Assembly: GCF_004010195.1 (NCBI RefSeq)
Contig: NC_057718.1
Location: forward strand, 33,689,851 to 33,753,850
Source: Chiloscyllium plagiosum
Taxonomy: Eukaryota
Reading direction: 5' to 3'
DNA length: 64,000 nt
Part shown: positions 25,401 through 38,659 of the stretch, in pieces
Layout of the letters: every line of letters begins with the position of its first letter
How positions within the stretch are numbered: position 1 is the first letter of the stretch
Translations under genes and position numbers: made by a program
The notes under the pieces: generated by a model
Seen by the model: only the letters and a program-made list of their open reading frames with translations
What the model was told of the DNA's origin: nothing
Databases searched by the model: none

Positions 25401-27994
25401 GCATTTGTTGCCCATATCTCATCTTTGGTAAGATGCTAGTGTTGTAGCTGTACTTGTTGAGGGACGTGATTAATTCTGGAGCACAATCTTCTGGTCTATT
25501 AATGGGATGTTACTAGATCACATTTGCAGTATCCATTGCCTTTCAGTTGTTTTTTTGATGTTATGTGGACTGAATGGAATTGAATGAAAGTGGACAATTG
25601 CAATGCAGAACATTATCAGGAGGCAAGATGGATCATCCATTTGGCACGTGATAAACATGACATAGCTTGCATTTCCAAATGAAACAGACATCTTATTGTT
25701 CTTTGTTCTTGCCTTCTTTTGTGGAGGTCCCAAGAACGGAAGGGGGTTACTTTCAATGTTTTGGTAATTTGCTGTAATGCATCCTGAAAGTAATGCAGAA
25801 GAGCATTGTAGATGTCAAAGTCCATGGCAAAGTAGATTAATTTCTAGTTGACGTAGTTATGTTTAAACCTTATATATTGCCATGAAGGTATGTTATATAA
25901 AATATTAATTCTATATTGCTTTGGCTGGATTCGAATTTTGCAGTTTTTTTTTTGTTGGAAAAGCAACATTTTACTGAAATAATGGAACTCTAACTCCCTT
26001 TAAATTGGCTGCCAATTTACATCACCATGTAAACTCACGAAGACTATCAAAGATACTGAAGAGGTGAAAACAACTTCTTTTCAGTCTTGTGACAAATGAA
26101 GATTGGAAATATGGCATCAAAAGCTAATTATCTAAGGCCACAAAACTTACTAAAATGACTGCCTATATGAACTAACGCAAAGATACCTTTTGGAATATGC
26201 AGTGGTATTTTGAACTTGTACTGATGTCTTGAAGAAATTATTGTTACCAGCTAAGCTTTGTGCGTAACAGCAGGAATGAGAAAAAAACTTCTCTCCTCTT
26301 TTGAGTTTGTTGAGTCTCTATCTGTACCTCAGAATTTTGAGAGCAACGTCTTCAGAAGGAAAGGAAAATTTCAGCTTCATATTGAAAATAATTGAAAGCA
26401 AATAACAGTCTTTGACTCACAGCTAGACTAGGATATAAGCTGTAAATATGAACTGTCTCATATTTTTCATGATTTACTTACCTTTTATTTTTCTAATCTG
26501 CAATAGCATGGATTTCATGTGCATTCATTGCATTTCGGTACTGATATTAACTGTTTAATGTTCTTACTTGACATAAACTTGGCTTCTTACTATGTTAAAA
26601 CTTAAATCCTGTCTGGCTAATTCTTTACAACATCCATGGAAACACTAAAGTGAATACATTTGATTGGCAATGCCATCCTTTAAAATTTTAAGTATATCTG
26701 TTCAGTCAAATAATAAAGGAAAACATGGAAAACCATTCCATCTTTACATCTGGTCATAATAAGTCAAAGAATTCCCTTGACATCTGATGCACTGATCATT
26801 TCTACCTTTGGCAGGTCAAAGTTGTTAGAATTGAAAACAAATTACTGGAAATGTACAAGTCAGTGAGAAGATGAGTTTAATGTGTTGAGTGTTAATAATA
26901 GACTTTTTTTTGGTGTCTAGATATTATGTTCATAATTTGGCTTAGAAATTTGATTCCTCTATACATATATTTTGAGGTATCTAATCCTGAAAATAAGTGG
27001 GCAGAAATTGATCCTTATTCTAAGCGGGACTTGCATTCTTGTGCTGTTTGCTGATGATAATACTGAACAAGTCAGATCAGAGTGAAACCTGGCTTTACAG
27101 TTCATAAGTTTAATGTTTGCAATTAATTACTATGGTGGTCAGTCACTGAATGCGTTGATGAGAGGTTGCCAATGTCAACAGAAGAACACAAGCTTATTAC
27201 ATGAGGAAAAAAATGCTTTAATGACTGTGTTAACATCTTTTTAAACTAACATCAAAACAAAGATTCATCCTGTTTCCCTTAATATGCTTTTACAGGCATT
27301 CGATTCCAGAGAGCTACTACTGCTCTGAGTTCTTTAATTTCTTTCTAGTTCTCTTCCATGGACTGGTGAGATATGTTTACAAATTACTTCCAGTTCTGCT
27401 GGCCTAAATCTCTTCTCCGTTCTCAACAATTGAAAACTTCTATGCAACCTCTCACTGTTTAGAGACTACAAACTAAAACGTTTGCACTTGGGAGACCTCT
27501 CTACTGTAGTGAAAACTCGATTCTTCTATTCTGAGGAAATGGTACTCCTAAATTGAAGTCAAAACTAGGCTAGAGGTCCTTGATTTGTTTACTCTATCAT
27601 AAATTCAACACAATAAAGATTTCATTCATTAACAGCACAGGTGTTCTGCCAGACAATTAGGAGTTTCAAAATGCTTTGGAAATTATGTATTTAGGTCACT
27701 GTTCCAAATGACTTTCTGATCTCTTTCAAAAAGAAGTTAAATGTATTGTACACCTTTATCACAGTAAAATATTTTATACTGAATCAGGTTTTTCTAGAGA
27801 TGTCCACAGCGCACACCTGACCTGTTGAAAATGATGAACAACCTATTCCTAATAAAGCCCTCAAAGTAAGCCGTGTCAATTTGGTTCGCAGATTGAAGCT
27901 GCGAGCATGAATGTAAGGCTGATTTTTAAAGTTTAGAAGAACAATAGCAACTACAGCTATCAATTAAAGATATTGCCTTTTTTCCTATTTTTAG

Positions 27995-28127
27995 TTGTAA
28001 AAATAGCGATCTGCAGAAATTACCTCAGCGGTGGTTAGAAGAAGTTCTACATGAGGTTAAGTCCAGTATCCCTACATCTAAACTCTGTGCCACCCGACGT
28101 AGTGCTGGCATTCCATTTTATATTCAG
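27995..28127 (+). CDS. THADA: THADA internal coding exon (window exon 3)
   Basis: cctatttttag|T TGT...ATTCAG|gtatgc. Encodes CKNSDLQKLPQRWLEEVLHEVKSSIPTSKLCATRRSAGIPFYIQ (TRRSAGIP motif of DUF2428). 133 nt, phase 2 to 0. Confidence 0.96.
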
Positions 28128-28669
28128 GTATGCGAAGGTTTGGATTTGTTGCTTAACATAAATACCCTGTTGCTTTCTATGAAACTGTAAAATGCCACAA
28201 CCTTATCATTGGAGATGAGTAGATCTGAATTTTTTTAAAATTATGAAACAATATTTTAGCTTGATTTTGTTAAATTCACTTGGACAGTGTAACTTTACAT
28301 TTCATGTTAAGAAAATGTGATCAGCAATAGACCGTATCCCTAATAGTTATATTTTCTTCATTTTTTTGCTTTGTCTCAGTTGACAGCAAAGCAAGGTGGG
28401 AAGCTGCTCCTCTCAGGATACCTATTATTAATGTTATGCAGTGTTAAGACATGAATTCTGTGCTGATCTGTAAAATATCTTTTACTTTATCAAGTGTGGA
28501 AAGGTATTCGAGAAAGACAGATACATTTATGTGCAGAATGAAAAAAAAAGTAATCAGAAACCAAATCTAGTTAATTCTGATGTAATTTAAAGATAAGGCA
28601 TCCCATTCATGTGTGAAAGGAGAGAAGATGTCTTTAAAAATCATACATTTTATTTTTCTCCCTCTACAG

Positions 28670-28792
28670 GCCTTAGTGTCTTCAGAACTTAGAGCCTCCA
28701 ATATGAGTCTCCTGAAACTGACAATGAAGGAACTGATTTCACTTGCCATACCATCATCAAAATGCCAAGATGAGACTGCCTCTGTTCCACAG
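28670..28792 (+). CDS. THADA: THADA internal coding exon (window exon 4)
   Basis: ttctccctctacag|GCC...CCACAG|gtagca. Encodes ALVSSELRASNMSLLKLTMKELISLAIPSSKCQDETASVPQ. 123 nt, phase 0 to 0. Confidence 0.94.
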
Positions 28793-31268
28793 GTAGCAAA
28801 GAGACATAAATTTATAGTTTCTACATGTTAGATTATATTTTAATGGTGGAGCCTGTTAAGAATGTTCTTTAAAATCTTCTTCTTAACTAGTTATTAATGC
28901 AGGTCTATTTCTGAATGTAACAGAAGCTGAAATACGATTTAACTTTTTTCTTATCTCTGTACAGTTATTGTCATTCCTGGCAGTGATAGAACTGAAATAA
29001 TTGCTTTTCCTTGCGGTGTGGAGATGATTCTGATATTTCAGGTTGTATTTCATGTATTCCTTGCTGATGCGTCTTGTCAAAACTACACCCCAGCTTCCTT
29101 TTGAAATTTGCCACTGTTAATTACTTCCACTATGTTATGATGAGAGTTGCAAAGATGCACGGATTCTTCCCAGTCCCACTACTCCACTGGTTACAAAAAA
29201 AATGTTATATGTAATTAAGTTGGTAATATGACCAGTTTATAGACAGAAAAAGTTTAAACTGTACAAACTTTGTGATGGAGTATGTTCAAACGTTCTAAGA
29301 TTAACATGAGGCAAATATGGGTAACAGTTCAATACTCAAACACCACCATTAAACACAGCAAACAGCAGTTGCAATTGAGAGAGATCGCAAGGGGCTCTAG
29401 TAAATCATCACCATCAACAGACTGAGTCACAAACATTTAATAAAACTTCATGAGTTTATGATATTTCATTTTTCATGATCTGACCTGGAAACTTCTTCAA
29501 TTTTAGCTCCATCACAGACTGCCTAACATTTGCTCCCATTTTGGTTGTTCAATTTCATTTTCTGGGAGTATACTGTCTTAGATTCTTGGAAATTGCTGTC
29601 CAACACTTATTCACAAGCAACCGCCAACTTCTCTCAAACTGTAAGCTTCACAAGCCCATGCTGAATTCTAATCAGATTTGGGTTTCCTTTGCCCTTTTTC
29701 TCAGCTAATCTGCATTACTAGTGGCATATGGCTTCTTCTGAGCCTTTGCTGCTCCCAGCACTTGTCTGGATCGCTGGCTGCAAACTCTTACCTCCGACAA
29801 CTTTCTTGAGTTATAAGAATACAGCCATCCAATGCTCTTAATTGTCACTGAGTGTCCAACTGCACACTCCATGTGGCTTTGTTACATTTTCAGCAATGCA
29901 GCTAAACAGTTCTTTTCTTCATGAAACTTCAATTTCTGTCTATTGTCTTCTCTAACTGTGACCTGGAAACTGTACTTTAATAACCATGAACTGTTTTAAG
30001 TGACCTGTTGAAAACTTTGCAACAAGCCCCATCCTTGTTTCTAGATAGTATTGAACATATGCAATATTTTGGAACAGTCAACTGTAGCAAGCCATTGGAA
30101 CTGCCTGTACCCTGTCACTATTTTCAGAGTGCTGGCATCTCCATAAATTCATACCACAAAATAAGTATTTCATCAGTACTTTATTCCCAGACCGTGTGTT
30201 CCGTAGTCAGTGAATTTAGTTTTTATGTTGGTAGTCTCCCACCCCCAACCCACTGAATGCAAAACTGGCAGGGACCTTGCATTGCTTCTGTCTAGGAGGC
30301 CCAATACTAGTTGACTGCATTCAGACTCTAAATGGACAGCACTGGGTTTCCCATTATATTAACGCCCCAAGTTCGGTTCAAAATCCATCTTCGGGGAGCT
30401 GCCAATCAGAGACAAGCCATGCTCCTGGGGGCAGTGTCAGTTAATAATCATTTACTGAAGTTTTCACCATGAATTGTCACTGGAGTAGGATAGGTACCTT
30501 TTGAGGGGCGAGGTGGTTCACTGGCGACGGTGGTAGGGTAGAGGGATTAGATGCAAGGAAATGGTGTAGCTTTCAGTACTGCTTCCCAATACTGGGTCCT
30601 TTGATTAGAAACTAAATGCTTGTGAATGATGGCCTCCCTTACAAGACCAAAAGAAAACCTGATGGGTACTGGGCTGCTTTCAGGAGTTCAGAGACCCTTG
30701 CAACTCCCATTAAATTCTTGAGTCTCCATTAATTCCCAAGTCCTGGCAAAAGGGACTAGATTAATTTAAGATACCTGGTCGCCAGGGAAGAGTTGGACTG
30801 AAGGGTCTGTTTCTATGCTGTACACCTCTATAATTCTAGTATTGTATTGAAAATCAATGAGGAGGAATGTTAAATTAACTAACTAAATATTAAAAACAAA
30901 AGAGGTTTGACTGGTTTGCATTCATATGTTTTAAAAGATCATGTGGAAGAGATTACACAACAAATATTTAAAACTTTGCTAAAAGAAAAATGTAGTGGCT
31001 GAGGACTGGTAGACAGCCAATAAGTATCCTTCCTTCTTGGAGATAAACCTATTCTGGGTGCGATAGAACAGTCAGCTTAATTTTGGTGGTAGCAAAGATA
31101 ATTGAAACATGAGAAAAGAAAAATATGTAGAATGCAAAAATATTATAACATTAAGTCATTGTGAATTTCAAAATTAGAAGCCCTGCTTAACTAACCTCAT
31201 GGAATTTTTTGAAGATAAAACAAGTTTGATAGGTGTTAAGATATTTACGCTTTTAAAATGCCTTTGAT

Positions 31269-32310
31269 AAGAACATAGAACAATACAGCACAGAACAGGC
31301 CCTTCAGTCAACGATGTTGTGCCAACCACTGATCCTCATGTATGCACCCTCAAATTTCTGTGACCATATACATGTCCAGTAGTCTCTTAAATATCCCCAA
31401 TGACCTTGCTTCCACAACTGCTGCTGGCTACGCATTCCATGCTCTCTCAACTCTGTGTAAAGAACCTGCCTCTGACATCCCATCTATACTTTCCTCCAAC
31501 CAGCTTAAAACCATGACCCCTCGTGTTAGTCATTTCTGCCCTGGGAAATAGTCTCTGGCTATCGACTCTATCTATGCCTCTCATTATCTTGTATACCTCA
31601 ATTAGGTCCCCTCTCCTCCTCCTTTTCTCCAATGAAAAAAGTCCAAGCTCAGTCAACCTCTCTTCATAAGATAAGCCCTCCAGTCCAGGCAGCATCCTGG
31701 TAAACCTCCTCTGAACCCTCTCCAAAGCATCCACATCTTTCCTATAACAGGGCGACCAGAACTGGACGCAGTATTCCAAGTGCAGTCTAACCAAAGTTTT
31801 ATAGAGCTGCAACAAGATCTCACGACTCTTAAACTCAATACCACTGTTAATGAAAGCCAAAACACCATATGCTTTCTTAACAACCCTGCCCACTTNNNNN
31901 NNNNNNNNNNNNNNNNNNNNNNNNNNNNNNNNNNNNNNNNNNNNNNNNNNNNNNNNNNNNNNNNNNNNNNNNNNNNNNNNNNNNNNNNNNNNNNNNTAGC
32001 TAAGTTCCCCTGTATCCCATTCCTCCTGACCTTCTGAATGAGCCTACCATGGGGGACCTTATCAAATGCCTTGCTGAAGTCCATATACACCACATCCACA
32101 GCTCAACCCTCATCAACTTTTCTAGTCACATCCTCAAAGAACTCGATAAGGTTTGTGAGGCATGACCTGCCCCTCACAAAGCCGTGTTGACTGCATTTAA
32201 TCAAGCCATGCTCTTCCAGATGGTCATAAATCCTATCCCTCCGAATCCTTTCTAACACCTTGCAGACGACAGACGTGAGACTTACTGGTCTGTAATTGCT
32301 GGGGATTTCA
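31269..32310 (-). mobile_element. Young 5'-truncated CR1 LINE spanning the assembly gap
   Basis: Clean RT ORFs: NYRPVSLTSVVCKVLE...SQHGFVRGRSCLTNLIEFFE, MDFSKAFDKVPHGRL, LEYCVQFWSP...LERVQRRFTRMLPG; tail (tgttcta)n on the minus strand. Confidence 0.92.
31896..31995. other. Assembly gap (100 N)
   Basis: Run of exactly 100 n inside a young CR1 copy. Confidence 0.99.
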
Positions 32311-35300
32311 TAATAAACCAATGAATAAAGTTAGGGCATCAGAGTCGAGGGACAAAGTAGAATGAATGCCTAGCTGTCTGCAAGGCACAAAACACAGCAT
32401 CAGGACAAAAAAGATAACTATTCAGTGTGGGCAGTCACATCCCATAAGAATCCGTGCTGGGACCAGTGTTCACAATTTTTGCACTAATAATTTAGACCTT
32501 GAAATCAAAGATGTAGGCTAGAAGTTTAAATAACAGTGATGATCTAATTTTGGGAGCCCCTAGCTGATATGGCAGGCAATCAAATACCTAAGGATGGGGC
32601 TCCTTTCCCTTTTAAGGAATGAGTTTGAAACTAGTTGATGGGTTAACAGCTCTTTAATTCCAGTAGTGCCAATACTTGCTGAGGTCAGTTAGCCCTGAGG
32701 AACTTCTGTGGTGGTACCCTGGGGCTGAGATGATAGTGCTCCAAGAACGACGGCTATCTTGCTTTACGCCACATATGAATCAGGATCGGGCGAATTTTAT
32801 CCCTTTAAGACCATGTATTTTTATTTTCAATAAATTTGGATTATGGACTAAAATAGAATATGCTGATTTTAAACAAGGAGATTGTAAGAACACGCCTAAA
32901 ATCATGTTTACTGGAGCACATTGTATACAATGCTCAAAGGTGCATTTTTCCTGGAACAGAGAGAAAAAACAGACAGCATAGAGATGGTATGCTCTGAACT
33001 AAGGGATGACTGCTTGACAGCAGCATTTTGATTGTCTCCTAGTTATCAGCAAAGAACCATGAAGCCTGCAAAGAGAGAGCATCAAAAAATCTCTCTCTCG
33101 GTCTCTGTGTGGGGACACCAAAATATATCAAGAAACTTCTGCTCACCTTTCTCTACATATATGATCAAGCTGTTTGAGCCTAATCCCCTATCGAAGGAGG
33201 ACTAAAATACTTCAAAGATGGTGAAAGGATGAATTTGCAACCAGGGAATGAAAGAGAGCATTGATATGCAGACAACTTTGTTAACAGCAAAGGCTTGATT
33301 TCCATAGCCTGAAATTCCTCATTTTTATTGACCTTTAATTTTACTCTGGCTGCTTGGTGACATACTCCATCTAATGCTCTCTTGATACAAAGAGGAGTCA
33401 TCATCTTCTGGTCTACAGCTGTTTTATCCGAGACTGTGAAGAGATCTGGATCAAAGTTTGGGTTAGGTATTGAGAGTATACTTCAAGTGATTTAATTTCG
33501 TGTTAGACTTTAAGTATCATCATAGATATTTTGAAAGATGTTTATCAAGATTTTTTTGCGTGATGAATTGTGTGAAAGAATTGCAAATTGAAAACCTGGA
33601 GATTATCAGTTTGCCTTTTTCGCTGCTTGGTTCTTGAAGAATAAACATTAGTTACAAAGATTCAGACAACATTCTTTGTTCAAGTGAGATATCTGAATTA
33701 AAATTCAAAAACTAGCTGCTAATTACTGAAGAGGTTGGAATAACATGCCATTGCTTAGTTGATGTATGTCCCCTCAATGTGAAGTTTAGTAACTTTGCTA
33801 AATAACCTCACTGAATAAAAAGTATTCAGAACATCAATAAATCTTGATCGAAACCAAGTGTGTGGTCAAGAAGATGTTATGTTAGTGCTTTGTAACTGAC
33901 ATTTAAAACCAATTTGAGTTTTAAAATCAATAGACAGTTGAGGAGAGAAGTTTTTTTGTTTGAAAATAGACTTATTCTGTAACTCCATTTAATGTTGAAT
34001 GCTGTAATGCATAAATTGAGAAATTGAGCACAGCTTTGGTCATGGTACTTTATATAAATAGAAGGAGAAGAAGCTAAATATAGAATTCAGTATTATGTAT
34101 GATTAAGTAACAAGGCTACCATTGAAGCCAAATTTGAGTGTCATATGGAGTCAATTAAACTGATTAAATTACAGCTTTTTATGCTCCTTGTTTGCATGCT
34201 CTCTGTATTGCTGTCTTTACTATAACACCTGCTGGTCTCAATATATAAATAATTAAGAGTTAAGAACAGCCCCTGAAATTGTGGAGAGAATTCTGATATC
34301 CGTGTGTACTATTGCCTAAAATTGTTAGATAGCTATAATATTGTAATTACTTCAGTTTTGTGACGCAGATTAAGGTAATCATGTTCCTAACTGCCAATTT
34401 GTTAAGTTCTGCAATAAAGAACAGCATAAAACGCAGAAGAAATAATGCTACAAAATTTAATGGATGTTTTGGAAAAAGTTATTCTGAGGTGGATTCATTG
34501 GCAGGAGGTGGACCCTTTGCCATCTGGAAAAGAAGTTTTGTTTTCAAAAGCTGCCGGCCAAACAGTATCACTAGGATAAGTGCCACCCCTGGGACTGCTG
34601 CATGTCCCAGCCATTGAAAATCCAAGAGCCAGATGCAAGTTAAGTCTTGGAGGGCCCTTGGCGGTTTGCAGATCATCTTGCAAAACACTGCAAGCAATAT
34701 TTAAAAGCATTAAATGTGATTCAGATTTTGACATCTGAGATGGAGAACAAGAGTTAAACAAGAGGTAAATTAGAGTTAAATAATAATATCTTACTCGCAA
34801 GAGACAGCATTCACTATACTTTAGTCATTATATAACATGGTGAACTGTTTCATTTGGTGAACGTATCATTGTGCATTTTTAAGTTGATGCAAAACTTTAG
34901 CAGCAATGCTATCATGCATGCAAAGTTGAATGTTCAAGTTATGCTCAATTTCTTGCGCTTCTGGAAACAAACCATTGATATGTGCTATTTCTTTTATTTG
35001 CTAAGAAGGGGAGGGGAAGAAGTGTGTTGACCATTGCATTATGCATTTTGTCCATTTGAAATCCAGAAGAAGAAAGGAATCCATATTTTAACTGTACATA
35101 CAGATCTGTTTCTGAATGTACTTTGCTGTATTTTACTGTTTATTCCCAAGAACTTTGCAGTAATATTCTCTCTTTTTTAAAAATGGTTATTTCCCAGTGC
35201 TCCTGTGGTATGGCTTCAACCAGTGGAGATGTTTCCCATTGACTTAAGTTTATTCCATGGCTGCTTGATTTCAGTCTTGATCATATGCTGCCCTGATGTC

Positions 35301-35856
35301 GCTCTAATATCAACTCTTTGAGTTCAATCATTTATTCATGTTTAGAGAAAGGCTCTAATGAAATCAGGAGCTGAGTTCATCTTGGGGGGGGGGGGGGGGG
35401 GCACAAACCACATATTAGTGAGCAAGTTATTGCTGTGTAAAGTGCCATTTGATAGTACTATTGGTGCTATCTTCTATCACTTTGCTGATTGGGTGGAGGC
35501 TGGTAATTGCCCAGATTAAGTTTCAGCCCTTCCTGATATCACTTGGAAGGAATTGAATGAAAACAACTTGATACAGGCAGATCTTTGTAACTTCCCTGAT
35601 GTTTTTACCTAAAAAGACACATCAGGAATGTGATGGAATATTCTCCATTTGTCTGGACTGGTGCGGATGCAACTTTATTCAAGAAGTTTGATTCTATCAC
35701 GTACCAAGGGATGTGCTTGATGGGCCCCTCATCTATCTCTCTACCATTATTTTACCATGTTCACAGTATTTACAGGAACTTCTTGTTTTTTTTCCTCTGT
35801 TTTATTACTCACTGACAATGCTAGTGGCTCTGTTAGTTATGGCACCATTCTTTTTA

Positions 35857-35915
35857 GTTGAAACTTTATTGCTGGAACAGCACAGCAGGTCAGGCAGCAT
35901 CCAGGGAACAGGAGA
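35857..35915 (-). mobile_element. 59-bp Penelope-like fragment flanked by a 50-bp direct repeat
   Basis: gctggaacagcacagcaggtcaggcagcatccagggaacaggaga matches the family B body. Exact repeat at 35807-35856 / 35916-35965. Confidence 0.75.
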
Positions 35916-36662
35916 ACTCACTGACAATGCTAGTGGCTCTGTTAGTTATGGCACCATTCTTTTTACCCTTCAAAATGTTAATTATCGTCTGCCTCTGCAA
36001 AAAACACTTTGTTCTCTTCAACTTTAGTTTGCTTACCTGACCATCAAGTTGCTGACAAGCAGGAATTGCTTTTATTAGAGCATTTGTTTTTGAGCTTCTA
36101 CCCTAAATCCCTTTGCTTAGGTACTTTAGAACCATACAAAAGTTACAGCGCAAAGAGGTTATTCAGCGCATCATGTCAATTCTGGCTGAATAAACTGGCC
36201 ATACAGTCTAATCCCACTTTTCAGCACTTGGTCTACCGGTTTGGAGGTTACAGAACTTCAGCTGCACATCCAGATTTCTTTTTAAATGGTTGAGGGTTCT
36301 GTCCCAACCACTAAACTGGGCAGAGAATTCCAGTCACCCACCAACCTCTGGGTGCAACAGTTCTTTCCCATATCCCTGCTAATTCTTCTTATTTAAATCA
36401 CTGCTACTTTCACTTTCAGAACTTCCTCAAAGCCTAATTATTTTAGTACACATTTAGTCATCTTTTTTTCCAACTGCATCATGTCCACTTCTCCACTAAA
36501 AACTGTCTTGCATATTCCATGAAACAAATACAAGGGTATTATATTTAAACTGCATTTCTTTTGCGGGTGTAGCACCGAGGGTTTTTTCCCCTTTGCAGGG
36601 AAAAAAAATGCACTTAATGCTATTCTTCACAATTTCTTCTGTATACATTTTTGTTTTGTCAG

Positions 36663-36785
36663 GTGCATTCTTTAAATATCTTGAGAGCTCTGTTTAGAGA
36701 CACCAAATTAGGTGAAAATATCATTCCATACGTGCCAGAAGGAATGCAAGCAGCCATCCTTGGCTTTACATCTCCTGTATGGGCA
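36663..36785 (+). CDS. THADA: THADA internal coding exon (window exon 5)
   Basis: ttttgtcag|GTG...TGGGCA|gtaagt. Encodes VHSLNILRALFRDTKLGENIIPYVPEGMQAAILGFTSPVWA. 123 nt, phase 0 to 0. Confidence 0.96.
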
Positions 36786-38465
36786 GTAAGTCATAACCTT
36801 TTAACATTCTTTGTAAATCTGGTAACTAGATTTTTTTTCCCCAAGACTAATATGACCAAAACCCAATAAAGGTGAAACCAAAATACACACCAAGCACTTC
36901 ATGTAAAATGCATAGTCTCCTGGTTCTAAGGATGTTATTTTATCAATCTCTTGTTTTCAAGGTGTAATGCCAATGTCCATCAAAAAGACTCATCTGTTGG
37001 GCAGAACAGCAATCCTCTGCCCTGATGCAGAATGATGAGCTGTACACAGTTTATGTGGGCTTATGTTAAGGACTAGGGGACTGAAGACACATGAAGCTTT
37101 GAAAGAATATCAGGAATGTAGGACCAATCTGAAACGAGGAATTAAGAGGGCTAAAAGGGGTCATGAGATATCCTTAGCGAGCAGGGTTAAGGAAAACCCA
37201 AAACCTTTCCTTCGTATATAAGGAGCAAGAGGGGAACGAGGGGAAGGATTAGTCAACTCAAGGACAAAGGAGGAAAGATATGCATTGAGTCAGAGAAAAT
37301 GGGTGGGATTCTAAATGACTTTTGTATCGGTATTCACCGAGGAGAGAGACATGGTGGATGTTGAGGTTAGGAATAGATCTTTGATTACTCTAGGTCAAGT
37401 CAACATAAGGAGGGAGGAAGTGTTGTGTATTCTAAAATGCATTAAGGTGGACAAGTCCCCAGGTCTGGATGGGATCTAAACCAGGTTACTGAGGGAAGCG
37501 AGAGACGAAATAGCTGGGGGTTTAACAGATATTTTTGCAGCATCCTTGAACATGGGGGAGGTCCCAGAGGACTGGAGAATTGCTAATGTTGTCCTTTTGT
37601 TTAAGAAGGCTAGCAGGAATAATCCAGCTAATTACAGACCTGTGAGTCTGACATCAGTAGAAGGGAAGCTACTGGAGAAGATACTGAGGGATAAGATATA
37701 TACTCCTTTGGAAGAAAATGGGCTTATCGGTGATAGGCAACATGGTTTTGTGCAGGGAAGGTCATGTCTTACAAACCTAATAGAATTTTTTAAGGAGGTG
37801 ACAAAGTTGATTAATGAGGAAAGGGATGTAGACGTACATGGACTTCAATAAGGTGTTTGATAAGGTTCTCCATGGTAGGCTGATTGAGAAGGTGAAGTTG
37901 CATGGGGTCCAGGGTGTTCTAGCTAGATGGATAGAGAACTAGTTGGGCAACAGGAGATAGAGTAGTAGTGGAAGTGAGCTTCTCAAAATGGAGAACAGTG
38001 ATCAGTGGTGTCTCACAGGGATCTGTGCTGGGACCACTGTTGTTCTTGATATGCATGAATGATTTGGAGGAAGGTGTAGGTTGCCTGATAAGCAAAATTA
38101 CAGATGACACTAAGATTGGTGGAGTAGTAGATAGTAAAGGAGACTGTCAGAGAATACAGCAGAATATAGATAGATTGGAGAGTTGGGCAGAGAGATGGCA
38201 GGTGAAGTTCAATCCGGAAAAATGCAAAGTGATGCATTTTGGAAGATCCAATTCAAGAGCAAACTATACAGTAAACAAAAAAATCCTGGGGAAAATTGAT
38301 GTATAGAGATCTGGGCATTCAGATCTGTTGTTCCCTTAAAGTGGCAATGCAGGTCAGTAGAGTGGTCAAGAAGGCAGACGGCATGTCATCGGACGGGGTA
38401 TTGAGTACAAGAGTTGGCAGGTCATGTTACAATTGTATAAAACTTTGGTTCGGCCACATTTGGAG

Positions 38466-38659
38466 GAGAAAGTGAGGACTGCAGATGCTGGAGATCAGAG
38501 CTGAAAATGTGTTGCTGGAAAAGTGCAGCAGGTCAGGCAGCATCCAAAGAACAGGAGAATCGGTGTTTCCTGAAGAAGGGCTTATGCCCGAAACATCGAT
38601 TCTCCTGTTCCTTGGATGCTGCCTGACCTGCTGCGCTTTTCCACCAACACATTTTCAGC
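38466..38659. mobile_element. Palindromic Penelope-like mini-element (family B) inserted in CR1
   Basis: Exact 16-bp TSD tcggccacatttggag (38450-38465 / 38660-38675); 72-bp inverted arms at 38498-38569 / 38590-38661. Confidence 0.8.
38566..38602 (+). ncRNA. Minimal type I hammerhead ribozyme-like motif
   Basis: CTGAAGA (38570-38576) - A - GGGC/TTAT/GCCC stem II (38578-38589) - GAAA (38590-38593) - CATC (putative UC cleavage after 38597). Core intact; stem I weak (2 bp) and stem III vestigial. Confidence 0.6.

Noticed and set aside
32883..33745. Possible solo LTR (TG...CA, AATAAA near 33640); similar impression at ~9180-9750
   Set aside because: No matching target-site duplication or second copy in the window.
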